Origin: Tubulanus polymorphus
Taxonomy: Eukaryota > Animalia > Nemertea
Length of the DNA stretch: 64,000 bases
Assembly (NCBI RefSeq): GCF_964204645.1
Contig: NC_134032.1
Coordinates: 4,240,175 to 4,304,174 of the forward strand
Reading direction: 5' to 3'
The notes beneath the pieces are model-generated. The model was not told the origin of the DNA and made no database searches. It was given only the letters and a program-made list of their open reading frames with translations. Numbering within the stretch: position 1 is the stretch's first letter; each line of letters opens with the position of its first letter. Both the position numbers and the translations under genes were made by a program. Of this stretch, positions 1 to 10,794 are shown one piece after another.

Positions 1-40
1 CTGTTCATGTCAGCTTGATGCTTCGATAGCCAGATATGTC

Positions 41-2617
41 TTGGAGAATGAACCAGTCTCTCTTCGACAGATACATGATTCTTGTTTCCCTGCATCACAC
101 AAGTATTGTAAGCCCAATGTCTTAAGAAAAGTTTTCCAAATGCCTGTTGTTGCCGTGTTAATGGGTAGAAACCTGAAAGGAACACTACGGTGTGGTGGAA
201 CTCAGCTGTATATTTCACAGAAATTGAGTGGTGTCGATTATGGTTCAGCTTTTAATATAGGTGTCAAGTTTGGACTTTTCTCTGAATCAGAGTTTGGTTA
301 CAATTATATTAGCAAAGATCGTCTAAAGTTGCTGAAATCGTTGTGTTCTACTGAGAAGGACAAACGACTGGTCACATTTGCTGCAACAGATTGTCTATCT
401 GGTAAAAAGTGTAAGGCAGCTTATGGATCTAACTATAGGAAATTACGTGATGATGTAGAGGAAGCTCTATCACGGATACAAGTAATTCATAGTGTATATA
501 CAGATCTGGTGCAATCGAAGGATAAAGCTATGCTAGAAGAGCTGGGGTTGTATGATCATTATGTTGACAATGAAGCAGATGATTTAGATGAGGAAGAGAT
601 TGATGAAGACGAATTGAGTAATCTTCTGCCATGTGAAAATACTCCTGATGACACTGAACCATTGGAGATTGATAGTGATGACGATGATGATTGTGATACT
701 GCTGAGAGACTAGTGAATGTAAAATCTGTTACAGATCCTAAGTTTATTCAGTTAATTAAAGAAAAGAGACAGCATTTACAACGACAAAAGAAGGTATTAA
801 TTGCTAAGCAAATGGCAGAGGAACGATTATTACAACGAAAAGTCACTAAATCTACTAAAACTTTACTACAGAGCCATCCAGACATTGGGAAAGTCATGGA
901 GGACATTGTGAGAAATGCGGGTGTGGGGGCCGATAAGTGGCGGTCCTCGTCTAGTTTGACATGGGAGCGCAAAAAGGTCGGCCAAAAAATGACTATGGAA
1001 AGGTTGCGAGATGAACTGTCAAAAAGAATTGGAAAAAAAATCAGTTATGGCACAGTATTTGAATTATGTGTTCCACCTAACAAACGGAGAAAATCAAGTT
1101 CAAGGTACCGTGGTGTTGCAAACATTGTGTCTAAACGTGCGAGGAAGGGCTTTGACATCAAAATTAATGTAGATGACCATTGGTCGTCGGCCTTGTATAA
1201 AGGTCTTGATAAATTACACTCAACTGACAACAAGAACATTCTTCTAATTAACAGAGATGATGCTGCTGGCTTCCGATTAAATACGCTAGCAACATCAAAT
1301 CATTTTAAATCGCTTATGGTGCGAGGTGAAGAGGACCTGGCCACGCGTACCGACTTCACAAATTCTGAACAGTCAATACTACAGGTCACTTCGTATCATT
1401 TCACCGGTAGTCCAACTACTATAGAGGACTATGCTGGGATAGTGAAACCAACCAAATTAGTTCCTAAGACACCTAGTCAACATGCAGCGGATCTACGTAT
1501 GTTGTCAAATGTTCCACAACTGAAACATGTTTTCTATCGAGAAGATGGTCATGTGAAAGAAATTGATGCCATCAGAGTAGATGGGGCGGGGGATGAAAAT
1601 CCCGACCATGTAGAACAGAAATTCATGTGGGGAGAATGGCACTATGAGCAAAGGAAACTAGCCACCTTCGTAACGACACGGTTTGCTGGCGGGAGCTTCT
1701 TAAATATTGTCGAACATTTAAATGGGCAGCTCAAGCGAGCTCACGCAAACTTGTTTATCCCATCGACCCTATTGGGTCCTAATAAAAATGCTGGTGTTAT
1801 AGATGAAACATTGGTTGCAAATAATCTAAATGCTGCTGTGGATGTTTACCTATCCAGAGTAAATGGAACAAAGTTTAACAATAACACAATTAAACTATTC
1901 AAACATGGTGAAAGACCAGATTATGTAGATAGGAGAGAATTGTTGCTGTCTTATCTGAAAGCCAATGAGAAGAAACGAAGTGATATAAAGTACCAATATT
2001 CAGCAGAACCAGAAAAATTCCAACAGTTGCAATATTTTGACATGATATTGAGTGTGATATCTAATCATCAGATTGATACAGTTAAGTATGTCTACGGATT
2101 AGTGTGTTGTTTCAAAGATGGATGTCCACACCCAATTTGCCAAGAACGGAACAGGAGGAATGAAGAAATGGTCTGGTTCCCAAATGGCCCACTTCTCACT
2201 TTTATTCCATGGCCATACGCTGATCCAGAGAGAAAATGTGAATGTGATAATTGTGATGGGCACTTTAAATCATATCTTGATCTTCTGGAACTTTCGAAGT
2301 CACGAATCCTTGACCCTGGAAATTGTCTACCTTCGAAACTTATTGCTGAAGAATTCTCCAAGAAGAAGTTAGAAGTAAAAAAAGGTTCTGAAATGGCTAA
2401 AGCTGGCATGGTTCCTCCGCTTACAGAATCTGAAGTGAAAGTTCTTTCGACGCAGCTTTGTCTTTCTATTGATCGTGTGAACTATTACTACAATCACCTT
2501 GCTGCAGTTCATAAAGCAAGAGTTATGGGTGGCCAAAAAGCTGCTGCCACAAGACAGAAAAAAAGGCTGGAGGAGGAAAATGCCAGTGTTGATTACATAA
2601 AAAAGGTTCTTCATTGA
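41..2617 (+). CDS. Putative Zator-like DDE transposase (858+ aa; frame is open to the left window edge)
   Basis: Uninterrupted ORF, still open upstream to position 2. Motifs RDDAAG, RVDGAGDENP and TRFAGGSFLNIVE resemble the Zator-type DD...DGGPDENP...N-x-VE catalytic layout. Acidic tract at the N-terminus; Cys-rich C-terminus (CCFKDGCPHPIC, CECDNCDGH). Confidence 0.6.
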   Translation: MENEPVSLRQIHDSCFPASHKYCKPNVLRKVFQMPVVAVLMGRNLKGTLRCGGTQLYISQKLSGVDYGSAFNIGVKFGLFSESEFGYNYISKDRLKLLKSLCSTEKDKRLVTFAATDCLSGKKCKAAYGSNYRKLRDDVEEALSRIQVIHSVYTDLVQSKDKAMLEELGLYDHYVDNEADDLDEEEIDEDELSNLLPCENTPDDTEPLEIDSDDDDDCDTAERLVNVKSVTDPKFIQLIKEKRQHLQRQKKVLIAKQMAEERLLQRKVTKSTKTLLQSHPDIGKVMEDIVRNAGVGADKWRSSSSLTWERKKVGQKMTMERLRDELSKRIGKKISYGTVFELCVPPNKRRKSSSRYRGVANIVSKRARKGFDIKINVDDHWSSALYKGLDKLHSTDNKNILLINRDDAAGFRLNTLATSNHFKSLMVRGEEDLATRTDFTNSEQSILQVTSYHFTGSPTTIEDYAGIVKPTKLVPKTPSQHAADLRMLSNVPQLKHVFYREDGHVKEIDAIRVDGAGDENPDHVEQKFMWGEWHYEQRKLATFVTTRFAGGSFLNIVEHLNGQLKRAHANLFIPSTLLGPNKNAGVIDETLVANNLNAAVDVYLSRVNGTKFNNNTIKLFKHGERPDYVDRRELLLSYLKANEKKRSDIKYQYSAEPEKFQQLQYFDMILSVISNHQIDTVKYVYGLVCCFKDGCPHPICQERNRRNEEMVWFPNGPLLTFIPWPYADPERKCECDNCDGHFKSYLDLLELSKSRILDPGNCLPSKLIAEEFSKKKLEVKKGSEMAKAGMVPPLTESEVKVLSTQLCLSIDRVNYYYNHLAAVHKARVMGGQKAAATRQKKRLEEENASVDYIKKVLH

Positions 2618-2688
2618 CATTTTCTGTGTTATGAGTTGCATCAAGCTGACACAAAAATCTACAGAGGAGGATTTGATATAGGGACTAT

Positions 2689-2832
2689 TAGACAATTTCA
2701 GAAAGTCGCAATCCTTGCGGCAGGTGCACGTACATGGTGGATAATCACAAAGCCAAAAGAATTCGATTCATAGTGATTATCCACCATGTACGTGCACCTG
2801 CCGCAAGGATTGCGACTTTCTGAAATTGTCTA
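2689..2832. repeat. Perfect inverted repeat, 60-bp arms, 24-bp spacer
   Basis: 2689-2748 (tagacaatttcagaaagtcgc...ataatcac) is the exact reverse complement of 2773-2832. Confidence 0.95.
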
Positions 2833-2905
2833 TTGAATACATACTTTAACAAGTATTGTTCTATGTACATGTATTACATCAAATTGTGTCTTTTTTTTTG
2901 TAGGT

Positions 2906-3161
2906 CAGCCACTGATCCAGTGATCAGATACTGATCTAGAAGATCAATGACAGAAAAGAGTGGCACCGACATTTTGTTTTAATTAATAATGTAGAGTGTT
3001 TAACATGGCTCTTTGGAAATTTGTATATACCTGGTATTAGCAGCCACTGATCAGATACTGATCTAGAAGATCGATGATAGAAATGAGTGGCACCGACATT
3101 TTGTTTTAATTAATAATGTAGAGCGTTTTACATGGCTCTTTGGAAATTTGTATATACCTGG
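2906..3161. repeat. Tandem duplication of ~125 bp
   Basis: cagccactgatc...gagtggcaccgacattttg...tatatacctgg at 2906-3034 and again at 3041-3161. Confidence 0.9.
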
Positions 3162-3563
3162 AGCCAGTTTCATATACATAAATACACTCCTGGTTAATTA
3201 ATTATATGGAACATTTTATGGTTAGACCATCAAGACCGAACTCCAGGTACAATATGAACAGGTCGATCTCTGATTGCCCTAATGATATCTGAATTATGAT
3301 CAATTTAAAAGTCAGGTACTTATTCCATCTACACGAAACTGGCCCCTGGGTAACAGTATTTTAACTTTGTTGTAATTCTTCTGATGTTTATTAAGTTTTG
3401 TTGTTATTTTTCCGAGGTTTATATAAGTAGTTCTTTTTTACCTACCTCAGTGGCCACTTGAGGTAATACTTAATTACTGATTTTTTGTAATATCAATATG
3501 ACGGTCGGGTAATTCCACATGGGGCATGTGTCAATAATACCTACCTCCAAGACTGACCTGGTC

Positions 3564-3616
3564 AAATATTGAAATAAGTACAACATGGTCACCATGTTGT
3601 ATTTATTTCAATATTT
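3564..3616. repeat. Near-perfect palindrome (26-bp arms)
   Basis: aaatattgaaataagtacaacatggt-c-accatgttgtatttatttcaatattt, one mismatch. Confidence 0.85.
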
Positions 3617-5201
3617 AATATTTTCGATGAGAGGGATTCCGAAGTCATTCCGATTTGTTGAATTGAACAATAATCATTTCAAGTACTTAAGATGAAGTAG
3701 GAAAATGACTCCCAGGAACATAAATGCATTATTAATGTTTCCATACACATTTTGCATTAATAGTAATAACTTGGTTATTTTTGAAGCTCAACTATTTGAG
3801 CACTTTATTTTTTATAAAATGGAAACCAAATAACACCAATTATTTTAACAAATGTATATTGCATTGCAATAGGCTTAGGCCTTGTTAGTTAAATAAAGTT
3901 TACTGATAATTTGTAGAAAATTTAGTATCTTGAAAATGCTTAGTTTCGGACCTTGGTCAAAAACTATTTTTTGTTCACGGTTTTTCGAAAGGTGAATGTC
4001 TGACTACAGGAAATATGTATGAGGTGAATATCAGGCGAAGCTCTGACATTCTTCATTCTGGAGTAGGGTGAATTCTTGACTTATGTATTCTTCTTCTGAG
4101 GCGAATATTGGTCGAATCCTAGACGAATGACATCATTGGAAATGTCTAATAGATGGTGATGTGCTGAACTAGGGGGGGTCAGACATAACATTGATAGCTG
4201 CATTAATGTTACTTTCTGGTTATGACGACATCTTGCTAACTAAGAGCATGACTTGTCTATGAATTCATCAGACATTCATCCACAATCTAGCTTGCAAGAT
4301 GTTCATGTAAACTTTCATATTTAAAATATATTTAATCAGATATACATAAATTACGTCATGTTCATGTTTCATATTATATATCTGTATTATTCTCTGCATA
4401 ATTGATTCATAGTAAATAAGTAATTTTTGTTACCTATGTGTTTCCTACTAAAGATCATATATGTAGATTAGTTGAAATCCAATGATTGAATGAAATAATT
4501 TTCAATATTACTATATCTATAAACAACATATTTGATGCTTAATTACTGATTTTCCCATGGGATTTTCCTTAGTCACTGTGCATGTACAGGTCTGCAAATT
4601 GTAGACTATTTGATTAAATATATGTCTCTTCCTAATAAAGGTAAACTTAAATTGCTTCCTTGCTTCATTTTTATTAACCATTTGAATTTGGAAAATCACA
4701 AAAGAATATACTTTTTCACAGCTTAAATAACTTAAGGAGATGAGATGGTGACTGCCCAAGCCTGAGTCTGACATGCACCAGTCAGTGCTGCCACGCTGTG
4801 GTCAAATAATTATGATCTAAGTTATTTTGGATGTGATGTTTACTCGTCTCCGTATATTTCAAAAAGAGGATTGCACCGAGAGTATTAAAACCATCGTAGT
4901 GTTGACCGTTTCATTTTTCCCACCGATTCTGCTTAATCCCTTTAGGTCACATATCGAAGAGCCCGTTGTTATGCAGCTATAGGCCCTATTTAGGGATTTC
5001 TGTTGTTACACAGAAAACCTTCATGAAAGATTGTCTGACATTATTCCTCTTCAGTTAGATGCCTTGAATCCTAGGACACCACTTTTGCAGTTGCCCTCGG
5101 GTTATGAGGATTAATCGAGGATTATCGTTTTAAATATGATCCCCCATGCATGTGGCTAAAAAGACGTTGCTCCTCATTGAAAAACTAGTGATTAATTCCT
5201 G

Positions 5202-5338
5202 GGCCCGGTTGTGCACACGTGACTTAAGTCCAAAAGTGGTTTTAAATCATAAACTGGTCTTTACTTGTTAGATTAGCTATAGAACTAATTTGGTCTTAGA
5301 CTGGTCTATAGACTAAGCCATGACTATGCAACCGACCC
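5202..5338. mobile_element. PIF/Harbinger-type MITE
   Basis: TIR ggcccggttg / caaccgaccc, flanked by a CTG duplication (5199-5201, 5339-5341). Internal motif also occurs inverted near 23340-23445. Confidence 0.7.
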
Positions 5339-6880
5339 CTGAATTTCTAAGGTATGAAGCCTAGTAAAGGATCAATCAATGTCTAGTGGCGAAGCAGCGA
5401 TAACCGGGTTTTCCGCAGTCTTGATCGTATTATTTGGATACTGTGTCGACCACGATCGTGGTATCATGTTGACGCAGCAGCACCATGCTATTCAATTGAG
5501 AATGCATGGAATTTAACCTATATTTTTTTGAATAAAATCACAGTCACTACCTACAAAATAACAGTTCATTGATACTAAATTAGTAACTACAGAGTGATCG
5601 CACAACTGGAATATCACCCCAGACAATTTTCTTAAATTAGGATAGCCGAGACACAATCAGGCCATGAGCAGAGTACGATTATGTACTGCAATATGCAATC
5701 ATGATAACAGATTTTCAAATTTTACAATAACACTAAAATTACTGATTTAACATAGACCATATTCATGTATTCATATTCGTGCCCATTACTTATAATGCAT
5801 CATAATTAATGATAAATAATGCAAACTGAAATCATGATTATAGATTACCCTATACACGATTACAACATTTCTGATTTTTATCGCTGACAAATATTATTTA
5901 ATTTTAGCCCAATACATACATTGCATTCATGCTACACAATAAAACCATGATAGTATTTATCACATACAAATATTACATCATGTGATAAATATCAATGGCA
6001 ATTACTATTTTGTTCCATCCAATTACATCTAATGCAACATAATCATCGCTGACAAATATAATGTTATTCATGCAATACAAAGAAGTCCTCGTCATTAGTG
6101 ATGGCTGGTATTAATTAAAATCATGACAATACATTATCAAATACATTAATTGCAATATCAAACATAATATCATATATTTATCATCAGCATATATTTTCAT
6201 ATTAAAGCCCATTACAAATAAAAAAAACTCGCAGCTGATCCCCGGAACGACGATGTAGTGACACACGTCGATACGCCGATGATTGATGAAAAGTGACTAC
6301 AAAATGGAAAACTAAATCATCACGTGAAAAACGAAACACTATTAATGTAATGAATGTAAAAAGGATATAAATTAATGATGAAAATACATTTATTTGATTG
6401 TCTATTTTGGGAAGCGTTACATAAGTTTCATTAAAGTGATAACATGTTATAAATGGGGTTATTATTGTTAGGAGTTGTTTGGTTTTCTAATGCTTGATGT
6501 AAAGCGATGATTGTCGTGGACTGTGTGAACACAATAGCGCAGAGGAAGTGTTACTGGCATGGTGATTGGGTTGTCTAATTGTTGTGATAGGCATTCATTT
6601 AGGGGATAATGCTCTGGTAATTAATAGGCCATGCAATGTTAATATAATGATGTAATGGTTGTATAAAGATTGCACTGTTTGGTTTAGAAAACAATCGGAA
6701 AGAAACTGTGTTTGGATGGATTTGTGGGCTTTGGCAAAAAGTGTGTGAATGGATGTATTGTATGGGTGGGGTCATGGTGTAATTGGGTGCGTTAGTGAAT
6801 AGTGTAATGTTTGATGCTAGGTGTGAATGTGCCTGGGAAAACTGTGTCATATATGGTCGAAAAAAATGTGTCAGTGTTGC

Positions 6881-7067
6881 ATTACTGATTTAGTAAATTT
6901 CACGTCAAATAACGCTTGAGAACAAACTAAGTATTTGTGTAAAGTGCTCATTAACCATAATATAGAATTCATTAAGGTTGAGTGAATAGTAGGCTTAGAA
7001 TTTTGGCATTAATTATTGCTTCCAATTGAGAAGATATGATCTTAATACATGGTTTCCCAATGTAAGT
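6881..7067. repeat. Interspersed repeat (related copy at ~26697-26875)
   Basis: Shared attactgatttag...aaatttcac.tcaaa.taac...gagaacaaact...ttaaccataa; partial inverted copy at ~27075-27130. Confidence 0.7.
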
Positions 7068-7480
7068 AGATGTTACATTTATAATAAAAATAATTACAAG
7101 TGAGGGAGAACCATTTTGTCGCATACGGAACGTGGAACACAGTCGAGGGGAATGTTGTTAATGTCACATGACATTATCAGGAGTGATGAAGCAAATATTT
7201 GTGTCAATAGCACAATAAACTATGATATATGAATCATGTTCTGGCGTTGGGAATACGTGGATGTATATTTTATCGGGTCCCTCGCAATTCATTTTGTAGG
7301 TTACCACCTTGTACGATCGCGCAGTTTTTTTGCGGTTGTCCTAGGCCGATTTGGTCCGGGGATGAGTCCGCGGCCGTGCGCGTGTTGTGTGGTCGCGGCT
7401 GTGGAGGGACATGGCGTGTTGTTGTGACAACTGAGAACACAATGGATGAAATGCGTGCGTGTGGAAGGCAGGCTTTGGCG

Positions 7481-7517
7481 ATTGGTTTGGTACTGCAATG
7501 GGCGGGGCGTGACGTCA
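7481..7517 (+). promoter_or_regulatory. Candidate Pol II promoter (inverted CCAAT, GC box, CRE) upstream of the OB-fold gene
   Basis: ATTGG 7481, GGGCGGGG 7500-7507 and TGACGTCA 7510-7517, within a CpG-rich patch (~7300-7660). Confidence 0.45.
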
Positions 7518-7835
7518 GGGCGCGGGTAATATAGGTGTTTGGGTGATGTGTGGGTACTAGCATTGTGTATTAATAAAAGGTCTGCGGATTTGGTCTTTAG
7601 TATATAGTCGGTGTTGTTTTGATTGCAGTGATTCATTAGGCGCGCGGATAGATACGGATAGTGGATTGTTGTAGATAAAATAGTAGATTGTTGATCATTT
7701 GGAGTTTGTTCTTAGCAATAAGTGTTTAGTTGGGTATAAGAGCTGATCTGCACCTCTTTCGTGATGGCAATATACTGAATTGCAAGTCACTGTTCTAGCA
7801 TCAGAATGTGTAATGAAATCCTATGCAGTGATTTA

Positions 7836-8026
7836 GGTGCGATTTAAGAATAGGGGACTATAGCAATATATATATATGTAGTGATAGTAATCAAATAAGT
7901 AATAATAATAGTAATTGATAATGATGATATATAATGATAGTAATATATATATAGTAATTAATGAAGATTAGGGAACTAAACCTAACCCTAAACCTAACCA
8001 CTAGTCCCCTATTCTTGAATCTTACC
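7836..8026. mobile_element. MITE with ~25-bp TIRs and 8-bp TSD
   Basis: ggtgcgatttaagaataggggacta / tagtcccctattcttgaatcttacc; GTGATTTA duplicated at 7828-7835 and 8027-8034; internal cctaaccct-like repeats. Confidence 0.85.
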
Positions 8027-8627
8027 GTGATTTATATGATGATATTATGAGTAGAAGAAAGTACATTTGTATCGCAGAATCGTGCGGATGTTTCAACAGG
8101 AGACCCTATTGGATTGGGGAATGTTTTGTGATAGTTTATGTTCAATATTCGTTTACGGTTTTTCTTACAGAGATGACGTAATTTGTTGAAACAGTGTGTG
8201 CATGCAACTAATGCACTTTCAGCCAATGGTAACTGCCCCTAGGCAAATTGTCTGATATAATTGTAGGAATTGTGAAGAAATGTTATTCTCTGGCTCAAAT
8301 TTGTTAGTCATGAATGATTGTTTCATCAAAAATTCTGATATCATTGCCTTTAGTTTGACGCATGTGATCAGGTGTTGTTCAAAGATTGTGGAAATTTGAG
8401 ATATAATCCAGGCTACAAATCTACGTTCTTGTGGAGTTATCATAAGATAAACCACCGTAATGTTTTTGTGAAGACATTCTCAGTCTGGAGCAGCGATTTT
8501 GGATTTGAAAGTGGACAAATCATGCATAGAAATAAGCTCTGCTATGTGTTATCCTGCTGTTTTCTGCTTTGCAGTAGGAATTATAGATATTGCAATGTGA
8601 CTGATTGTGAATTGTTATGTTGTAGGT

Positions 8628-10574
8628 ATGTCTTGCAACAACAGCACTAGGGTGAAAGTGATCGGAGGCCCGGAAGACCGAAAGAAGTCTATGATGATAG
8701 CTGTTATAACAATGAGTAATGAGGTCAAGGAATTGATTCTCACAAAGGATTTGGCATGTAAATTGGTTGTTGGTGCATTCAGGACTGTAACCAATTTAAA
8801 ATTTACAAGTGGTCCTGTATGTTATGGGACAAAGAATTCCAAGGTATGTAGTGTTCGTGTTGAAAATGGTTGCTTAGGTGATTCTATAATGGGTGGCTGG
8901 GTAGCTGTTGGTTGTTATTGCATGGATAGACCAGATTCATTTTTTGGATGGTATAATGTTATGTGGAATATCTTTAAAAAGATAGTATGGGGATGTTGTG
9001 AGGTTGACAGTTATTTACGAAAGGATGTTGTCATGATTGAAGAGGGAGTGGTTGATTAGTGCGGTGTTTTGTAGTAAATAGCATGGATGATGTGTTTGGT
9101 CATACTTTTGATTTATTTCAGATATTTAAGACTAAAGACTTTGAAGTTGACAGCGATGTGGTGTCAGGATATCTGCATGCCCCTAAGGTGTCTGTCGCTG
9201 ATGCTCTGCGTTCCCCGAAGCGACGCAGGGTTAGTGTAAAGGGCAAGGTGACAAAGGTAAATGCCTATTGTTGTAGTTGGGATGGGATGCGTAGGACTTG
9301 GTAAGGATTTGTTGTAGCACTAGATGCTACACATATGTAGTACCAATGTTGTTGGTGCCGTATTGAAGTAGGACATAAATTGATTTGAATGACAGACTCC
9401 CTAAGTTGGTATTGCCTGGATGAATGCAGTTACATGACGCAGAGTTAATCCGTTGAAAGTGAAGAGTTAATTCTATAACTTACAACTGTGAAACTTGGAT
9501 CCTGAGTTCAGAGTCTAAATTCTTGATGATCAAATAAACTTGAGTTAACTCACAACTGTGGAACTGGATTCCGAGTTCAGAGTTTAAATTCTTTATTGAT
9601 GATATGAACTAAAGTTAACTCACAACTGTGAGACTGGATTCTGAGTTCAGAGTTTGAATTTTATATTGACCAAATGAACTAGAGTTAATTCACAACTAAG
9701 AAACTGGATCCTGATTGTGTGATGTAAATGTGGTTGTTGAGAGGGCATTAGGATGTGTGGCATGTAGTGGCATTATGTTCCCAAAATAATGGTTTGTTGT
9801 ATTAAATTTTAGGTGTATGGTGTAACATCTGGTGTCAGCGGTGACGATGTGGAATGGAAGCGTCGTGATGTGCTTATAAGTGATGAGGAGACAAGTTCTT
9901 CGATACGATTAAAATTGTGGAACGAAAATTATGGCGTTTTGGGCGAAAAAGACGAGGGTCGTGAAGTAGTAATTGAAAATGTCGTCGTTAGTGTGTTTAA
10001 AGGGATCAGTTCGTTAGATAGTACAGGGATGATTCATGTGGAGGTATGGCCAATTGTGCTGGATAGTTTGTGTGGGTATGAGGATTTATATTTGAATTCA
10101 TAAGTGTGTAATGTGCTATTGATATATGTTGCAGGATGTAACAGATGAGGAATCTAATATTATTGAGTTACTTGTAGTTGGTGTAGACACGCAGGAGGAC
10201 GGGTATGTAGAATAATTGTATTTCATGATTTAGTAATGGTTGTGTTAGTTAATATGGCTTGCTATAGATTTGTGGCTGTATTGCAAATGTGGTGTAGTTC
10301 TGTGTATAGGAATGTGCGGGCATGGTATAATATGTATAGGTTGTGTATGGACACTGTGTATGGGTGATATAAGTGGCTAGTAGTTGAGGTATTTATGTCA
10401 TTATGTGTGATTTCGAATTGCAGGAAATTGGTTGTGGTGGCAGATAGCGGCAAGGAATTTGTGTGTGGTGCTGGTGTGATGATGACGGAAGATGATATTT
10501 TGGAGTGTGTGCCATCGAAGATGATGGCAATCATAGAGAACAATGTTGTTGAGTCGCTGGCCCCTGCTGAATAG
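8628..10574 (+). CDS. Five-exon tandem OB-fold (RPA/SSB-like) protein, 266 aa
   Basis: Exons 8628-8843, 9122-9256, 9813-10043, 10135-10202, 10424-10574. All introns are GT-AG with compatible phases (0,0,0,2) and the spliced frame has no internal stop. VSVKGKVTKV...RRDVLISDEETSSSIRLKLWNE...GREVVIENVVVSVFKGISSLDST matches the OB-fold strand pattern. Confidence 0.75.
9441..9713. repeat. ~61-bp minisatellite (4-5 units) in intron 2
   Basis: Repeated gagttaactcacaactgtggaactggat.c.gagttcagagtttaaatt. Confidence 0.85.
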
Positions 10575-10794
10575 TTGTACGTATGTGGTTTGAATATTTG
10601 TGGGTAATGGTTATGCAATGAGGGAATTGTGTGATGAATGTTGTATTTGTGTTATTGCAGTGGTGATTGCTGTGGTTACGGACATTTTGGGTGATAGATG
10701 TATGGATATGAATATGTAAAATATACCAATCATTGGAGCGTGGTATGCGGTTGTACTATGGGGAGGTGTGTTAATGTTTGTGGGAGGTTGATTA

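Noticed and set aside
7229-7636. Cluster of overlapping short ORFs
   Set aside because: Expected by chance in a GC/CpG-rich promoter-like patch; no recognisable protein motifs.
7975-8000. Telomere or chromosome end
   Set aside because: Only 2-3 degenerate units, located inside a MITE.
8607-9059. Single-exon 150-aa protein
   Set aside because: The frame reads through the donor at 8844 into intron; the spliced model explains it better.
9441-9713. CRISPR-like periodic array
   Set aside because: The whole ~61-bp unit is repeated, with no unique spacers; intronic eukaryotic minisatellite and no cas genes.
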